Positions 51,963 to 64,000 of a DNA stretch of 64,000 nt are shown here, piece by piece. The position numbers and the translations under genes were made by a program. Positions within the stretch are counted from its first letter, which is position 1. Each line of letters begins with the position of its first letter. Source of the stretch: Trichosphaerium sp. ATCC 40318 (Eukaryota > Protista > Tubulinea); NCBI GenBank assembly GCA_038496445.1, contig JALMLS010000074.1:163715-227714 (forward strand), given 5' to 3'. Under the pieces are notes generated by a model. The model did not search any database, was not told the DNA's origin, and saw nothing but the letters and a program-made list of their open reading frames with translations.

Positions 51963-53279
51963 ATGATGATCCGATTTTGCTTATTTGGTACAGAAACTGT
52001 TATGTCTTCTCTAAAAACAACTTGTAGCGCTATTTATTGCTTCTTTGGCCGCTTCAAGCGTATACACGAACTGTGTAGGCCACAGAGGCGCGTCTGGTGA
52101 GTATCCGGAAAATACAATGCTAGCTTTCGTTAAAGCATTTGAACAAGGCGCAGACGGTATTGGTACGATGATTTCTTTTTTTTGCCTAGTTCGAGCAACT
52201 TTTCGGAAAACGTGACTTGATTTTTTTATCACGTGTATCTGAAAAAAAAGTCTAAAAGTCTTAATGTTATATTTTTTAACACGTGTGGTGTAGAAACTGA
52301 TGTCCATGTTACGAAGGATGGATACGTTGTACTGTTGCATGACACGTGAGTAATAGCATGAGGCTGACTTGGTATAAACTTTGCTGAGTACTTCTTAGCA
52401 CTGTTGATCGTACTACAAATGGACGTGGAAGGATTGATCAACTTGATTATGTTGGTACACAGCTGCAACTATTTTATTATTCTCTAACGTTCAATTAGGT
52501 TATGTGGATGGCTTAGATGCTGGTAGCGGCGAGCACGTACCTCTTCTAAAAGAAGCCATTGATCTGGTTATAAATAGGTAGCTTAAGGTTCATGAACATA
52601 AACGTTTTACATTATTTTGTAGACCATCTGGATTCGTTCTAGTTGATACAAAGAACGATGCGGCAAATACCAGAGATACAATCAAGGCGATTGCACTTGT
52701 TCTTGCCGACTACGACCCGAAGGTTATAGCCGAACGAGTAATAATTGCGCCCTGGTATGAACTCAGGGTTGTAACAAATCTTAATGCTTGTAGGATAGCA
52801 GATTGGGTTTCTTACGCAGCGGAACTTATGCCGGATGTCCCACGGTACGGATATGTGCCAAATGATCACTAACTTTTCTTTCAAGTTCTCTAATATACTC
52901 CTTTGTACCGTCAAACCCTCTGGCATACCCTGTAGATAACTTTAATTTGAAGTAAGAGCAGCAGAGCCTTTTTTGTAGTTTTTCTCATGTTCAACAAAAT
53001 AGCTTCAAAGCCTTTGGCTTGTGGAATTTCGTGGCTCAGGCTCAAAGTCGTGGGCAAACAGTATACGGTTGGACAGTAAATTCTGATAGCGACATGCGTG
53101 AAGGTTTCACGAAAGGTGCGTATGGCGTGACAGTTTGGGTTTAATTGCTTTTTCTTACGTTCTGAATACCTAAACACTAACTACTGCGTGCAGGTATAAA
53201 CGGCATCTTAACTGACTATCCTGCGAAGTGCGTAGCATTGAGACCAACAAACGAGGGTATCTACTTGTCAAAGAATTAA
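51963..53279 (+). CDS. Glycerophosphodiester phosphodiesterase (GDPD), secreted
   Basis: Signal peptide, GHRGASGEYPENTMLAF, ETDVHVTKDGYVVLLHD, VYGWTVN and GILTDYP. Confidence 0.93.
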
Positions 53280-53554
53280 ATAAAACCTATCGCCAACATC
53301 ATTTTACGCGGACTTATTGTGAGCTGAAGCCCTAAACGTGTAGAAAATCGTGCATATTTTGTCAATAGTGCCCCATTGCCCGATGGCATCTAGTGTATAC
53401 GAAACGAACGTAACCAAGTTTTTTTGCTGTTGTTGTGGCTAGCACAGACTTGCTTTCGAGTACACATTTTGTAGTAATAAGCCATACTTTGCGCTTTTTG
53501 CATCTTCAGTGCATCCTAGCGAAGCAAAAAACATCCCGTAAGGCAAACGCCAAG

Positions 53555-55555
53555 ATGGCGAAGCGCCGTACAGTATTACTAGCTGAGCATGGCGTTCAGA
53601 AGAACCCTCTAATGGATGCTATTACCCAAAACGTCCAACGATCAATACAAGGCATACATACAGACATAAAATAGCTCATCCACATTTTCTTGAAAACAGC
53701 TAGCAATAATGTTTATGAGTTTTTCCTTACAACGCCTTGTAGATGACCACAGACAACTAAGATTGATTCCTTCTCAAAAAAGACTTGCGCCAGTTGAAAT
53801 TCACGTTGAGCATCAGGTACAAGTTTACTGACATTACTTAGACTGCTCTAACACGCTTCATTAAAGCAACCTGAACCTGTAACTGAAAGGCATAGTTCAT
53901 TTGGAGGTGGTATGGATGCAGAATTTACTTTTGACGAACTAGCCGATCCACGCGGTATGTTATTTTATAAAGTATATTTAAGACTATTTCCACAAATAAA
54001 TTATAAAGTGCTTTTTGAGTACCACAGAAAAATATCGAACGAAAACACAAAAAAAAAAAAAAAAAAAAGTGTCGGGAAGTAACCGATTTGATGCGTCACA
54101 TTTTTTTTTTTACGTTTGATCACGTGCCTTTTTTATATAACGTTACAAAAAAAATGCTAGACCAAATTACATTTGGTTTTTTTTTGTTTGTTTGTTTTCG
54201 CAAACTTAGTATTAATGTATCGCTTAGAGAGTATGGCTAGCTATGTACCACCTAGAGTAGCACCAGAAGAGAAGGAACAAATTCGATCGTTTAACGAGAC
54301 AGCGTCTTTTTTTGACCAACCGAGTACGTCCGTATTGATACGTACTTTGGAAAGAACTTGACGTCACTTATCGCGCCATAAAAAAAGAAAAAAACATTTT
54401 TCTAAAGTTTTTATTACTCGAATGCGTTTTTCTCCGCTAGTTCCTCAATATTATAATTTTCAGCTAACATTCTAGCAGATAAATCATCACCTACAGGACC
54501 TTTATCACCTCCAATGACAGCAGATAGATCATCTTATTATTCTGGAAGCCAGTCAACAGGTGAGTTTTATGATTTGAGTTTTTTCGTGATTTTTCTAAAG
54601 AGTCCTTCGAATCTCCGCCTGCAACGAACAACCTAAGACAAACAATGAGTTCGCAGCAATTCAATAACAGAGCGAGTTATGCACAAAATGGAGGTCATAA
54701 CAGAGGTGGATCAAAATTAAGACCATACACAGGCGATACGGTACGCGTAAAAATGAAGCATTGGCTTTGCATTTGAGGATTACTTAAAAAAATCACGTTG
54801 TCGCTATCTTTATCATCTTTCCCTTTCTTCAAAAAACTTACTTCCCATTCCATAATTCAAAAATCACGTGCGGAAAAATAAATCACGCGCACTCAAAGAC
54901 GTTTAAGCCAAAAACCTCGTTTGCTATTTTTTAACGACTGACTTAATGTTTAGAGCTCTTGTCGTGTATGCGGAGAGCCTCCTAGGGGTTCTTACACAAT
55001 AACAAATATTGGGTTATTTCATTTCGATTGCTTTAATTGCGTTAGGTGCAACGAACCAATCGGTACGTGTCTTTTTCTAAGGCGTATAACTTGACGTTTT
55101 TCTCAATAAAAATTAGGAGAACGGGATTATATGGTAGAGAAAGATGAGCCTTACTGTTTAGCTTGCTTTCAAGTTCTTAAAGGGCTTGTTTGCGGTATGT
55201 GCAGTTGCGCAATCAAAACCACAGATAGACGGTAAGATATTTCTACAAGCAGTGGTTTTTTTTTCGGTTTATTACTTTTTGTTCCTTGGTCATTTATGCT
55301 CAATTAATTTGTTTAGTTGTATAGTAGCACTTGGAAAGCGTTGGCACATGACTTGTTTCGTGTGTTCTAGTTGTAGAAAACCTTTTACTGGTAAGATTAA
55401 TTCAAAGTTCTTTCTGAACAGCAAACAAATTAGTGCTTTAATTTCATTGAAAAAGATCATACGTACACTCACCTAACTTACCATCAACAGGGTCATTCAA
55501 TGTAGAAGATGAAAGACCGTATTGCACAGAATGTTTCCAAAAACTTTACTCATGA
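53555..55555 (+). CDS. LIM-domain (paxillin-like) protein
   Basis: Two LIM domains (CRVC...FHFDCFNCVRC...PYCLAC and CGMC...WHMTCFVCSSC...PYCTEC) after a low-complexity N-terminus. Confidence 0.88.
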
Positions 55556-56024
55556 TATGGCTTGAAACAAATCAGAAGAATAATACGAGATTAACCCAAT
55601 CTCTTTTTTAATTTTTTTTCTAAAACGTTTTCACTGCCAAAAAAGTAAAGATGAACGACCAAGCAAACAATTTTAAATACATAAAAAAAAGACTGTAACT
55701 TTAACTCAAGTCCAAAATTCATGTCAGTCAAACCCTACCTTCCTTGGCCGTTGTCTGTGGAACGACTACTTTTTTTAAAAATTAAGTGACGGGTATCTTT
55801 CACGTATTAATACGTACTCAAGTACAGAAGCCACCTTATCTACAAGCAAATCCTAGTTGTGTCACACAGATACTTTAGTACAATTGAGATTTATTCGGTT
55901 GTCAAGCACGTTCTCAACTGGGAACAAATATTGAAACTACTGTAATTCTGAAAGTACGTACAAAATGAGACAGGACGTCACTTCTATACTATCATTTTTT
56001 CCTGTCTATTCGAGAGTATAGAGT

Positions 56025-57343
56025 TTATTGTTGCTCCTCCACGGATTTATCAGTCTTTGGGTCAAGAAAGGTGCACTCATCTTCAACCATTCCTTTTTTG
56101 TTGTAGCTCAAAATAGCGTCTTTTCCAACCTTTAATTTTGGTGTTAAAGTTTAGGTCGTAGTGAGGTTGTTTTGAAAACTTACCTTGTGGAGTTTGTTGT
56201 ATAGAGGGTGATGTGCTTTTTTATAAGGATTGTTAGACTTTGTGTTATAGCAACAAATAAGGGAGGTTCTATCTTTATCCGACATGTTTGCATCAGATGT
56301 ATGCAAAACGTTGCAATGGAAAAAGAGTGCATCGCCAGGTTCTAACACAACATAGACATGGTCCAGGACCTGTGCGTATTAATCATATACATTGTGCACT
56401 AGCAATAATACCTTTAGAGCTTGTTCGACACGCTCCATGTCTGCACCAGCCTACCACAACATTAGACTTTTTTTGAGCGTCACCGAACATACTTGTTCTC
56501 CGGTTTTCCCGTGTGAGATGCGACCCATCTTATGAGACCCAGATAAAACTTGCAAACAACCATTTTCTTTGGTGTTTGGATCAACAGCGATAAAGCACGA
56601 AGCCATGTTAGGAAACAAACATCCATTATTGTACCAGTATCCTTTTAAATGAAGAAGTAAGGCTAATTGTGTTCATCAATTCAAGTGAAAAAGTACCGTA
56701 GTCTTGATGCCAGTCCCAAGCACCTCCCTGTTTAGCTTTTTTTGCCGATACTTTACTGTGGTAGTGATAAGCTTCATCACCAAGCACCTAGGCCGAGTAA
56801 GTGAAAATGTTGTTTACTGCCTCATACAACAAATGGTCTTTTTGTTTTAGTATCCAAGCGAACTTCAAGGCAAAGGTTTTTAAAGTAACAAGGTAAAAAG
56901 TCGCAAAACTTTTCTTAAGACTACAAATTGCATTACCTCTTCAATAACATCTACAATCCTTGATGACCTTGCTACCCTCCCTAATATCGAGTCGTCTGCA
57001 TGATTCCATAAAGCCAAGAACGCTTTACCACCCTGAAATAACAAATTATAAATCTTATGTACATCGACGTACATCACGTGATAGCTCATGTCCCAAACGT
57101 TATTTTTTTCAAAATTTTACAATAAAACCATGTACCTGGCCGTCGTCGCGTGTATACGTATGTTTCGATACAGTATCATTCTTCGACTACAGATAGGATA
57201 TGAGAGAAGAGATTTAAGAAACCTTTTTGTACTTCTACGGCAATTTTGGCTATTTCTTCGTCGCTGAAAAGTTTTCGCCATATTATGAACCCATTTTTCT
57301 CCCATTCAGCTCTTTGTTCATCTGTTAATATAGCAGATGTCAT
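56025..57343 (-). CDS. PhyH-family 2OG-Fe(II) dioxygenase (ectoine/proline hydroxylase-like)
   Basis: [29 protein letters not shown] and [17 protein letters not shown]. Confidence 0.92.
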
Positions 57344-57711
57344 GGTATATTGTCTCAATTCTGCAATACAGTTATGGAGCATACTTAACTTGACTGTTGA
57401 AATACCAGGTACTCACAGCATCTGTATTTGCGTGCTAAGTCTAAGCTTCTGTCGTCTTGTGCACTTTCTTCAATTCTACCTGAGGCTGTCCACTACTTCT
57501 TGGGGTAGCTATGAGATTAGACCTATGGAATCTAATTGTAATTTAGAACTAGCAATAATAACTTTTGTAAAGTTTCACGTGCTAGTTATCATATTTCCAT
57601 TCCGGAATGACACGTGGTAATGCTTCCCAAGAAACATCAAAGCAATAATAAATCAACATTCAAATACTTGAAATTGGTGAACTTGATTTATTTAATACAG
57701 TGGAGTTTATT

Positions 57712-59347
57712 TTAACGTCTGTTATATGCTTGTTTTAGAGCATTGATGACTTCACGTGTTATTTTAGTATTGTGTGCACTTATGGTGTGTACACACTTCA
57801 GCGGTTTGACTCCTTCATCTGTTACAGAAGTAAATGATAAATTAATGGTGTGAACGCCAGCAAGTGATTTGACTCCTTCGTCTGTTACTGAAGTAGATGA
57901 TAAACAAATGCAGTGAACGCCAGCAAGTGATTTGATACCATCATCAGTTACTAATGTATGAGATAAATTAATGCTGTGAACACCAGCAAGCAATTTTATA
58001 CTGTTGTCTGTTACTCGTCTACAATATGAGAGGTCAATTATGTGTACACCTTTGAGCGCTTTGACTCCTTCATCTGTTATTGCAGAACAAGAACGAAGAT
58101 GAATGGTATGAACTCCACAAAGTTGTTTGAGTCCTTCATCAGTCACAAAAGTATTGGAGAGGTCAATGGTGTGGACTCCAGCAAGTACTTTAATACTGTC
58201 ATCTGTTATTTGTTTGCAATTAGTAAGATTAATTTCATGTGCACCTTTTAGTTCTTTAACAGCCTCATCTGTCACCGAAGCCCAGGCAATATTAATGGTA
58301 TGGATACCAGCAAGAGTTTTAATACTTGCATCTGTTAAAGCTTTACAGTTTGAAAGGTCAATGTTGTGTACACCTTGAAGTGCAATGACACCTTCATCAG
58401 TTACTGCAGTGCTACCAAGCTTTATGGTATGAACTCCTGCGAGTGCTTTGACACCATCATCTGTTACTGTAGTGCAACCAAGGTTTATGGTGTGAACTCC
58501 TGCGAGTGCTTTCACGCCATCATCAGTTACTGGAGTGCCATGAAGGTTTATGGTATGAACTCCTGCAAATGCTTTGATACCATCATCTGTGATTCCTTCA
58601 CATTCTCGAAGATCAATTTTATGTGCTCCTGCAAGTGTCTTGATACCATCATCTGTAATACCATATGAATATCTAAGGTCAATAGAATGAACACCAGAAA
58701 GTGCTTTAAGATCCTTGTCATGTATTTCATTTGTTTGTGTTGTTCTAATGTGTCTACAACCAGATAACAATGTATAAAAACTGTACTCATTGCCCTTGTG
58801 GTAAAACATAATAACAGAATTGTTCATAACACCTTTGTACTGTCTAATCTTTACAAGGTCCAATAGATTGGAAATATGAACTGTCTCATATCCGACAACG
58901 TAATGAATGACATCGGCCATCAAATGACAAGATTGAGCAACAGAGAATCTATCCTGTCCTGTTGTGTATCTCACAATATTTGAAATGACTTCTCTTGGAA
59001 AATCCATAATACACGATGGCCTATTGATTAATACAATGAGTAAACCAGTACAAGGAACAAAAAAAAAAGGATAGTAGTGGGTAGTGCTGCTATGGGCAAA
59101 CACACGAAAAACAAGAGAGCCAAAGTACATACTGAGGAAGCGCAGTATGCTCAGCAAGCAGATTTGTATTTTTTAATAAAATTTGATCAAGTTGTTGTTT
59201 GAGGGATGTATTTGAGGCGTTTAAAACACTCGAAACTTGTTTTACAAATGTTTCATGCTGTTTCGCTGTTATTTTACTGAACGCTTCTGTTTGGTTGTTG
59301 CGATAATATGAGAGTGCTTGCTCTAATGTCACGCCGCATAAATTCAT
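57712..59347 (-). CDS. F-box + leucine-rich repeat protein; one long exon plus a probable upstream exon
   Basis: MDFPREVISNIV (F-box) followed by about 14 repeats of 24-25 aa (LxGVHTINLSxTxVTDEGVK). A GTATGT...AATAG intron at 59021-59132 joins exon 59133-59347 in frame (ALPQ-PSCIMDFP). Confidence 0.85.
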
Positions 59348-60639
59348 GATTTGGTTTGTCCGGAGAAGCTTGTTTTGTGACTAGATTGATTGTCTTAAGT
59401 AAGTGAAGCAACTCTTAAGTTAAGGTATCACATTCTGTTACCATGGTTGTATACCAAGCAACAAAAGCTTTGAGTAAGTAGACACTTGAAACTTCACATG
59501 GTGGATAGGTGCAACTACAGGTGGACGCTAAACGGCTATAGCCTGCTAGCCTTTTAAGTTTTTGGGACCGGCTATAACCGGCTAAGAAAAATAAGAGAAA
59601 ACTCAACCATTGTTTGCATGTTTTTGCATTTGCTGATAGGCTTTGGACCTATGTATCGAACACAAACGAATTTCAAAGCCATTGAGATTATGTAGAACTT
59701 TAAAAAAGCATGTGGTGCCATGGTACAACACCAACAAAATCGCACATTTTTAAACTGTTGATACCTACGATTACAGATTTTATTGCTGAGTTTCTTAGCC
59801 GTCGGCTTAGCAGGACAGGGCCACGACCACCTCTAACAAAAGTTTTAAAAGTGAAATCGATCTTTATTTGAATCATTAGTGGCGAAACGCAATTCTTCTT
59901 GGGGTTTAATTAACAGCCAACTAAAGCAGGTTTACAGTAGAATCCAGAGGTACGTGAGTAGCAATAGTGTTGACTACATCCGCATGGGTTGAATATTGGA
60001 CGAGGGTTACAACATCCTGCGGTTGCTACAAGGCAACTGAGAACAAAACATTGCAATTTTAAACTCCTTTTTGTCCTGATCAGGTCTCGCCTTTATTGTC
60101 GCGTTCTTACTTTATATTACTACTGTTGTGAGGAAAGATGAAAGGTATGAGTTGTAGTTATTACATTACAATTCTTGTGACTTTCTGATGTAGGGGTTCT
60201 AGTGAGTGTTTTATAAACACAAGGTATACCGTGTTGAGACGTGTTCCGTGGCATGACAATGTGGGCTTGTATTTCGAGCAACACTGGAGGCGTGATGAAA
60301 CGTATCGTGGAAATGTGTACATAGAGATCTTTCGTGTGTGACTCATATCGATTTTATGACACAAGGTACAAAAGATACTTCTCCTAGTTGTACTTTGCTT
60401 TTAATCGGTTGAAATTGTGTGATCACCCTTATTTCAGTATTCACGTGTGATTAGAAGGTTGCTAGAGTGACCACGTTGTCACTCATTCAACACAGCTGGA
60501 AAAAAAAACCAAAAAAGACCTGGGATCCAATATTTTTTGCCAATTGTACACAGTGTGCACAGCTGGGTATTTTAGGGGGTTGTTTTTCATCTTCGTTTTA
60601 ATTTACTGCCAGGTCTATTAGAAGTGAAAGCTATTTTTT

Positions 60640-63372
60640 CTTAAAAACAGAGTGTTCTGTAAATAAAACAAATGATGGTTAAAAAAGTGTGTGAAATTTC
60701 AATATTTTGGATATTAGAAACGTTCATTAACTCACCAACCTGCCAACTCTTGTTCCCTCCAATGGCGTTCAGTAGTGTTCCTTTTGTTGCTGTTAATGTT
60801 TTAAATAATCAGCTAAAGACTGATGTCTTTGGTAAGTAACTGAGTTGCCTCCACTCGATTCTTTTGGAGTTTAGCATAGTCGCAAAGAAAATTTAGTTAA
60901 CTAGTTTACATTTTTTTTAGCTGCTTCAACAGCTCGCCGTGCTCTCTTTTCTTTAGACCATAACACAAAACCTTTTCTTCCGCACATTCCGTCATGATAT
61001 GGTTTACCTCCAATCCCTTTATAATAGGTGGTTAGTAACAGGTAAAAATATGTTCTTTCAATACGCACATAGCATTTTGGCAAGGTTACCATCTCTTCCA
61101 CATAGGTTACACTTTTGAGATAGTCCCTTATCCGTTAATATACCTGATATAAGCCACTTTTCGTTACTATTCCCTTGTGCACGCTTCTTTTTCACTTGTG
61201 GTTTAGCAACAGCCACAGGAGCTGCTTAATAAAAAGTGTTAACAAACCGAGAATTTAATAAGAATTATTTTTGTTAACGTACGAGTCTCAAAGAACCTCT
61301 TACATTCAATAACATATTCTTTTATCTTATTTGGTTTTGCTACAGGTATAATATCTGAAACAATGATTGTTTTACGCATACCAATTTGACTAGCGTGGTC
61401 AATAGCAGTTTGGATATTTTTGTATTTTTGCTTTAAATCAATTGACTTTAAGTTGATACGCCCATAGCCAACCCTTGAGTCATCTTCATGGGCCATAATT
61501 AACCCACATAAAGCATATCCGTCTTGCCATGAATCATCCCAATTCTTGACATTGTAACTGTGAGATCAAATTAGTTACAAATAGTTCATTTCTTGTTAGT
61601 CTTACCCTGCTTTTGCAGCAGTATACTGTGCCCACCAAAATAACTTTCCCTCATCTTCGTTGCTTGTTGTATTTGATACTGGGTTTTGCCTTTCTCTAGG
61701 CTTATTGACACCCTTTTCTTTCTGCGTCTTTACACTCTGATAAGATGAGGAAATCTTCTAAAATACTTTGTTATCACAATGTAAAAATAATACTAAACAA
61801 ACCGGTGCTGATCTTGCGATAGCAGGTGATGATTTAGACCCTCCTTGACTTCTTGCTTTACTGAGTGAATCACCTTCTCTTTTTCTACGCTGCATTGTAA
61901 TCCAATCTTCTTGTTGATCACGTTTATTATCAAAACTGCTTGTATTCTAAAACCCAGAAATTAGTTTACAAGGTACCACTTAATATTAGTACAACAGGTT
62001 TAACTTCTTTTGTTTCTTGTCGGCGCTGTTTAACCCAGCTAGGTGTTACATCCTTTGATACTGTTACATCACGTTTAGATGGCCTAGAGAATGACACAGG
62101 TTGCTTTTGAGAAACGGTCGATTTCACCTTTGGAGTTGTCTGTACTGGTTTGCTAACCAGTTGTTTCGCGCTAGGTCTTGAGAATGACACTGGTTCCCTT
62201 TGAACTACTCTTGGCTTTACTTGAGTAACATGTGATACCTTATTGGACGTTGTCTTTGTTGTTTGTGCTTGTTGTATTTTTCGTTGTGTTGATATGGCTT
62301 TAACTGGTTCAACCTCAACTGTAATTGGAGCCATAGACACCTGAGTAATAGTAGATTCCTCTAAAATTATCATGGGAGCACTTATCGATTCTCTACTTCC
62401 AATAACATCTGCTGGTGTAGATGTAGTTGACGAGTCTCTAGACATAAAATTTAAAACCCAGAAAATTGTCTTAACAAGTACCCTTGATTCCATCTCTCTA
62501 TCCTTGATGCTACGCCTGACGATTGTCTGGGTATCTTCGTAGCTAGAGGTGTTGTTATAGGTTTAGTATTACGTAGTTCAGCCGTAGCAGGTTTGGGTGA
62601 AGATGGTACAACTGGCTTCTTTGTTTCAACAACTTTTGGAGTAGCTTTTATGGTTGTGGCTATTGGTGTTGGCGCTGAAGTTGTCTGAGACAACATAGAT
62701 TGAGGTAATCCATATACTTTCTTTGGCTTCTGTTGCTGCATTACAGAACCATATGAAACTTTTGGCATAGTTGACCTGCCTAACGTAGGAAGGCGTCAAA
62801 AAAAAAAACCAGAATCAATAAAATTTGTAAGTGCTTTTTGTTTGGTATACCTTTCTGTCCTGTGGTCACGTGGAATGGACTACCTGATACTGTATTTCCT
62901 TGACAAGTCACTTTAATGACATAACTTCCTTCTTGAGGTAGAGAAAACTCAACATCAAAAGACTCATCCTCATAAAAATGTGTAATAGAAGAAGATACAC
63001 TAATATCTCCATTTTGGATCTTGACATCTATATCTGCGCTTTTTACTCCTTGCCTCTGTATGACTATTAATGACAGTCGCAACACAGATAGTCTTTAGGT
63101 GACTTACGCCTGGCCAAAACGTAAAAAATGTAGTTTGATTCGCTTTTGCGGTTTTTAAGCCAGGTCCTTCGCATCGCCTAAAAACGATGTTACAGTGCGG
63201 TATTTGTTGTTTGATGCGTACTCGGAAGACGCAGCGTTTATTCGGAAATTACTTGAAGATGTACCATTATCAGCGAATATGGAGTCCATTATATCGTCTA
63301 CTGAGCCAAGAACTATGTATTTTTGAGCAAATACAGGTAATTTCGTCTAGCATCCAAAACCGTACCGTCCAT
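60640..63372 (-). CDS. Filamin repeat + Ser/Thr/Pro-rich linker + calponin-homology domain + Zn-finger protein; 3' end approximate
   Basis: CEGPGL...EGSYVIKVTC...GSPFHV (filamin), LFWWAQYTAAK...VKNWDDSWQDGYALCGLI (CH), and CNLC...HDGMC. Confidence 0.8.
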
Positions 63373-63784
63373 TTCAGTTTTCTACGCGTCTTCTAGCCTG
63401 TACACGTTTAGATTTACATCCAAAAGCTACTGTACTGATTTTTCTAACTAGCGTACTTGTGTGGGTTTTTAGTGTTTGTAGGAGCTAACAGGAGCGCAAC
63501 AAGGGTTAACAGAGTATGTAATAAGTCAGTACGGAATAAAACAGGCCAAAAACACGAAATTAGAAAGAAGGTCTTGTCGGCATTTGACAGAAACAAGAAT
63601 AGCTCCGAAAGGTCATGTAATCACACTACATTGCAGCAAGCATCGTTTACTGCTGTAATAAACCACTGTAACAGCTGACAAAAACGGTAAAACTGGAATG
63701 AAGAAAAACCACTGCAATTTCACATAATCCAAGTCACGTTGTTACATTAGCATTCAAACTCTTTCAAATCACTGACAAACGCGT

Positions 63785-64000
63785 ATGGAAGCGCCTGATC
63801 TCACACTTATCTTATTACGCCTCAAAGACGCATGTGAAACTCCACAAGAGTTTAAAGGCGCCGTAGCTACTATAGACAAAATATGTAAGAATATTCTATT
63901 TAATCCAAGAAACAGAGCGTACTTGTAAGACCACACTGGTTATTTTGTAATATTAAGGCTATTATAATGTAGAAAGGTCGTGTTCACTAACCCTGCGCTC
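63785..64000 (+). CDS. PUB-domain-like protein, 5' part (truncated by the window end)
   Basis: AVATIDKICKNILFNPRNRAYL|KVVFTNPAL resembles the PUB pattern L.KI..NI...P...KY..I...N. Confidence 0.55.

Noticed and set aside
58042-58790. Repetitive ORFs overlapping the LRR gene
   Set aside because: They are frame and antisense shadows of the 72-75-bp LRR coding units.
1-64000. Alternative genetic code, tRNA/rRNA/snRNA genes, prokaryotic operons
   Set aside because: TAA, TAG and TGA all end reconstructed genes, and ORF fragmentation is explained by short introns. I recognised no structured RNA gene by eye; tRNAscan-SE or Infernal would be needed to exclude them.

Overview
This is AT-rich (about 35% GC by eye), gene-dense eukaryotic nuclear DNA, most likely from a protist. 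The filamin, CH, LIM, RapGAP, PPR and F-box content suggests an amoeba, but that is inference. The standard genetic code fits. Most genes are broken by many ~40-55 nt introns (donors often GTACGT/GTGCGT/GCACGT; acceptors TAG/CAG/AAG), so the supplied ORF track shows mainly exon fragments and antisense shadows. I reconstructed about 27 genes or pseudogenes by hand. They include a purple acid phosphatase, a GH18 chitinase-like protein, a class II xylose isomerase, a RapGAP, two PhyH dioxygenases, DJ-1/PfpI, a reprolysin-like protease, a PPR protein, an aldo-keto reductase, a GDPD, LIM, filamin and ankyrin proteins, and four F-box genes. Four observations stand out. (1) A head-to-head pair of genes, not recovered by the ORF track, encodes an identical 62-aa, 10-Cys secreted peptide behind different prepro leaders, inside a 3.5-kb block bracketed by ~175-bp direct repeats. 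(2) The palindrome CACGTG is strongly over-represented and concentrated in the longer introns and intergenic gaps. (3) Two intron-poor F-box repeat genes (MORN and LRR) resemble giant-virus or bacterial families. (4) Several pseudogenes are decaying, including an RsuA-type pseudouridine synthase relic. Exon boundaries are manual estimates and no database search was run.
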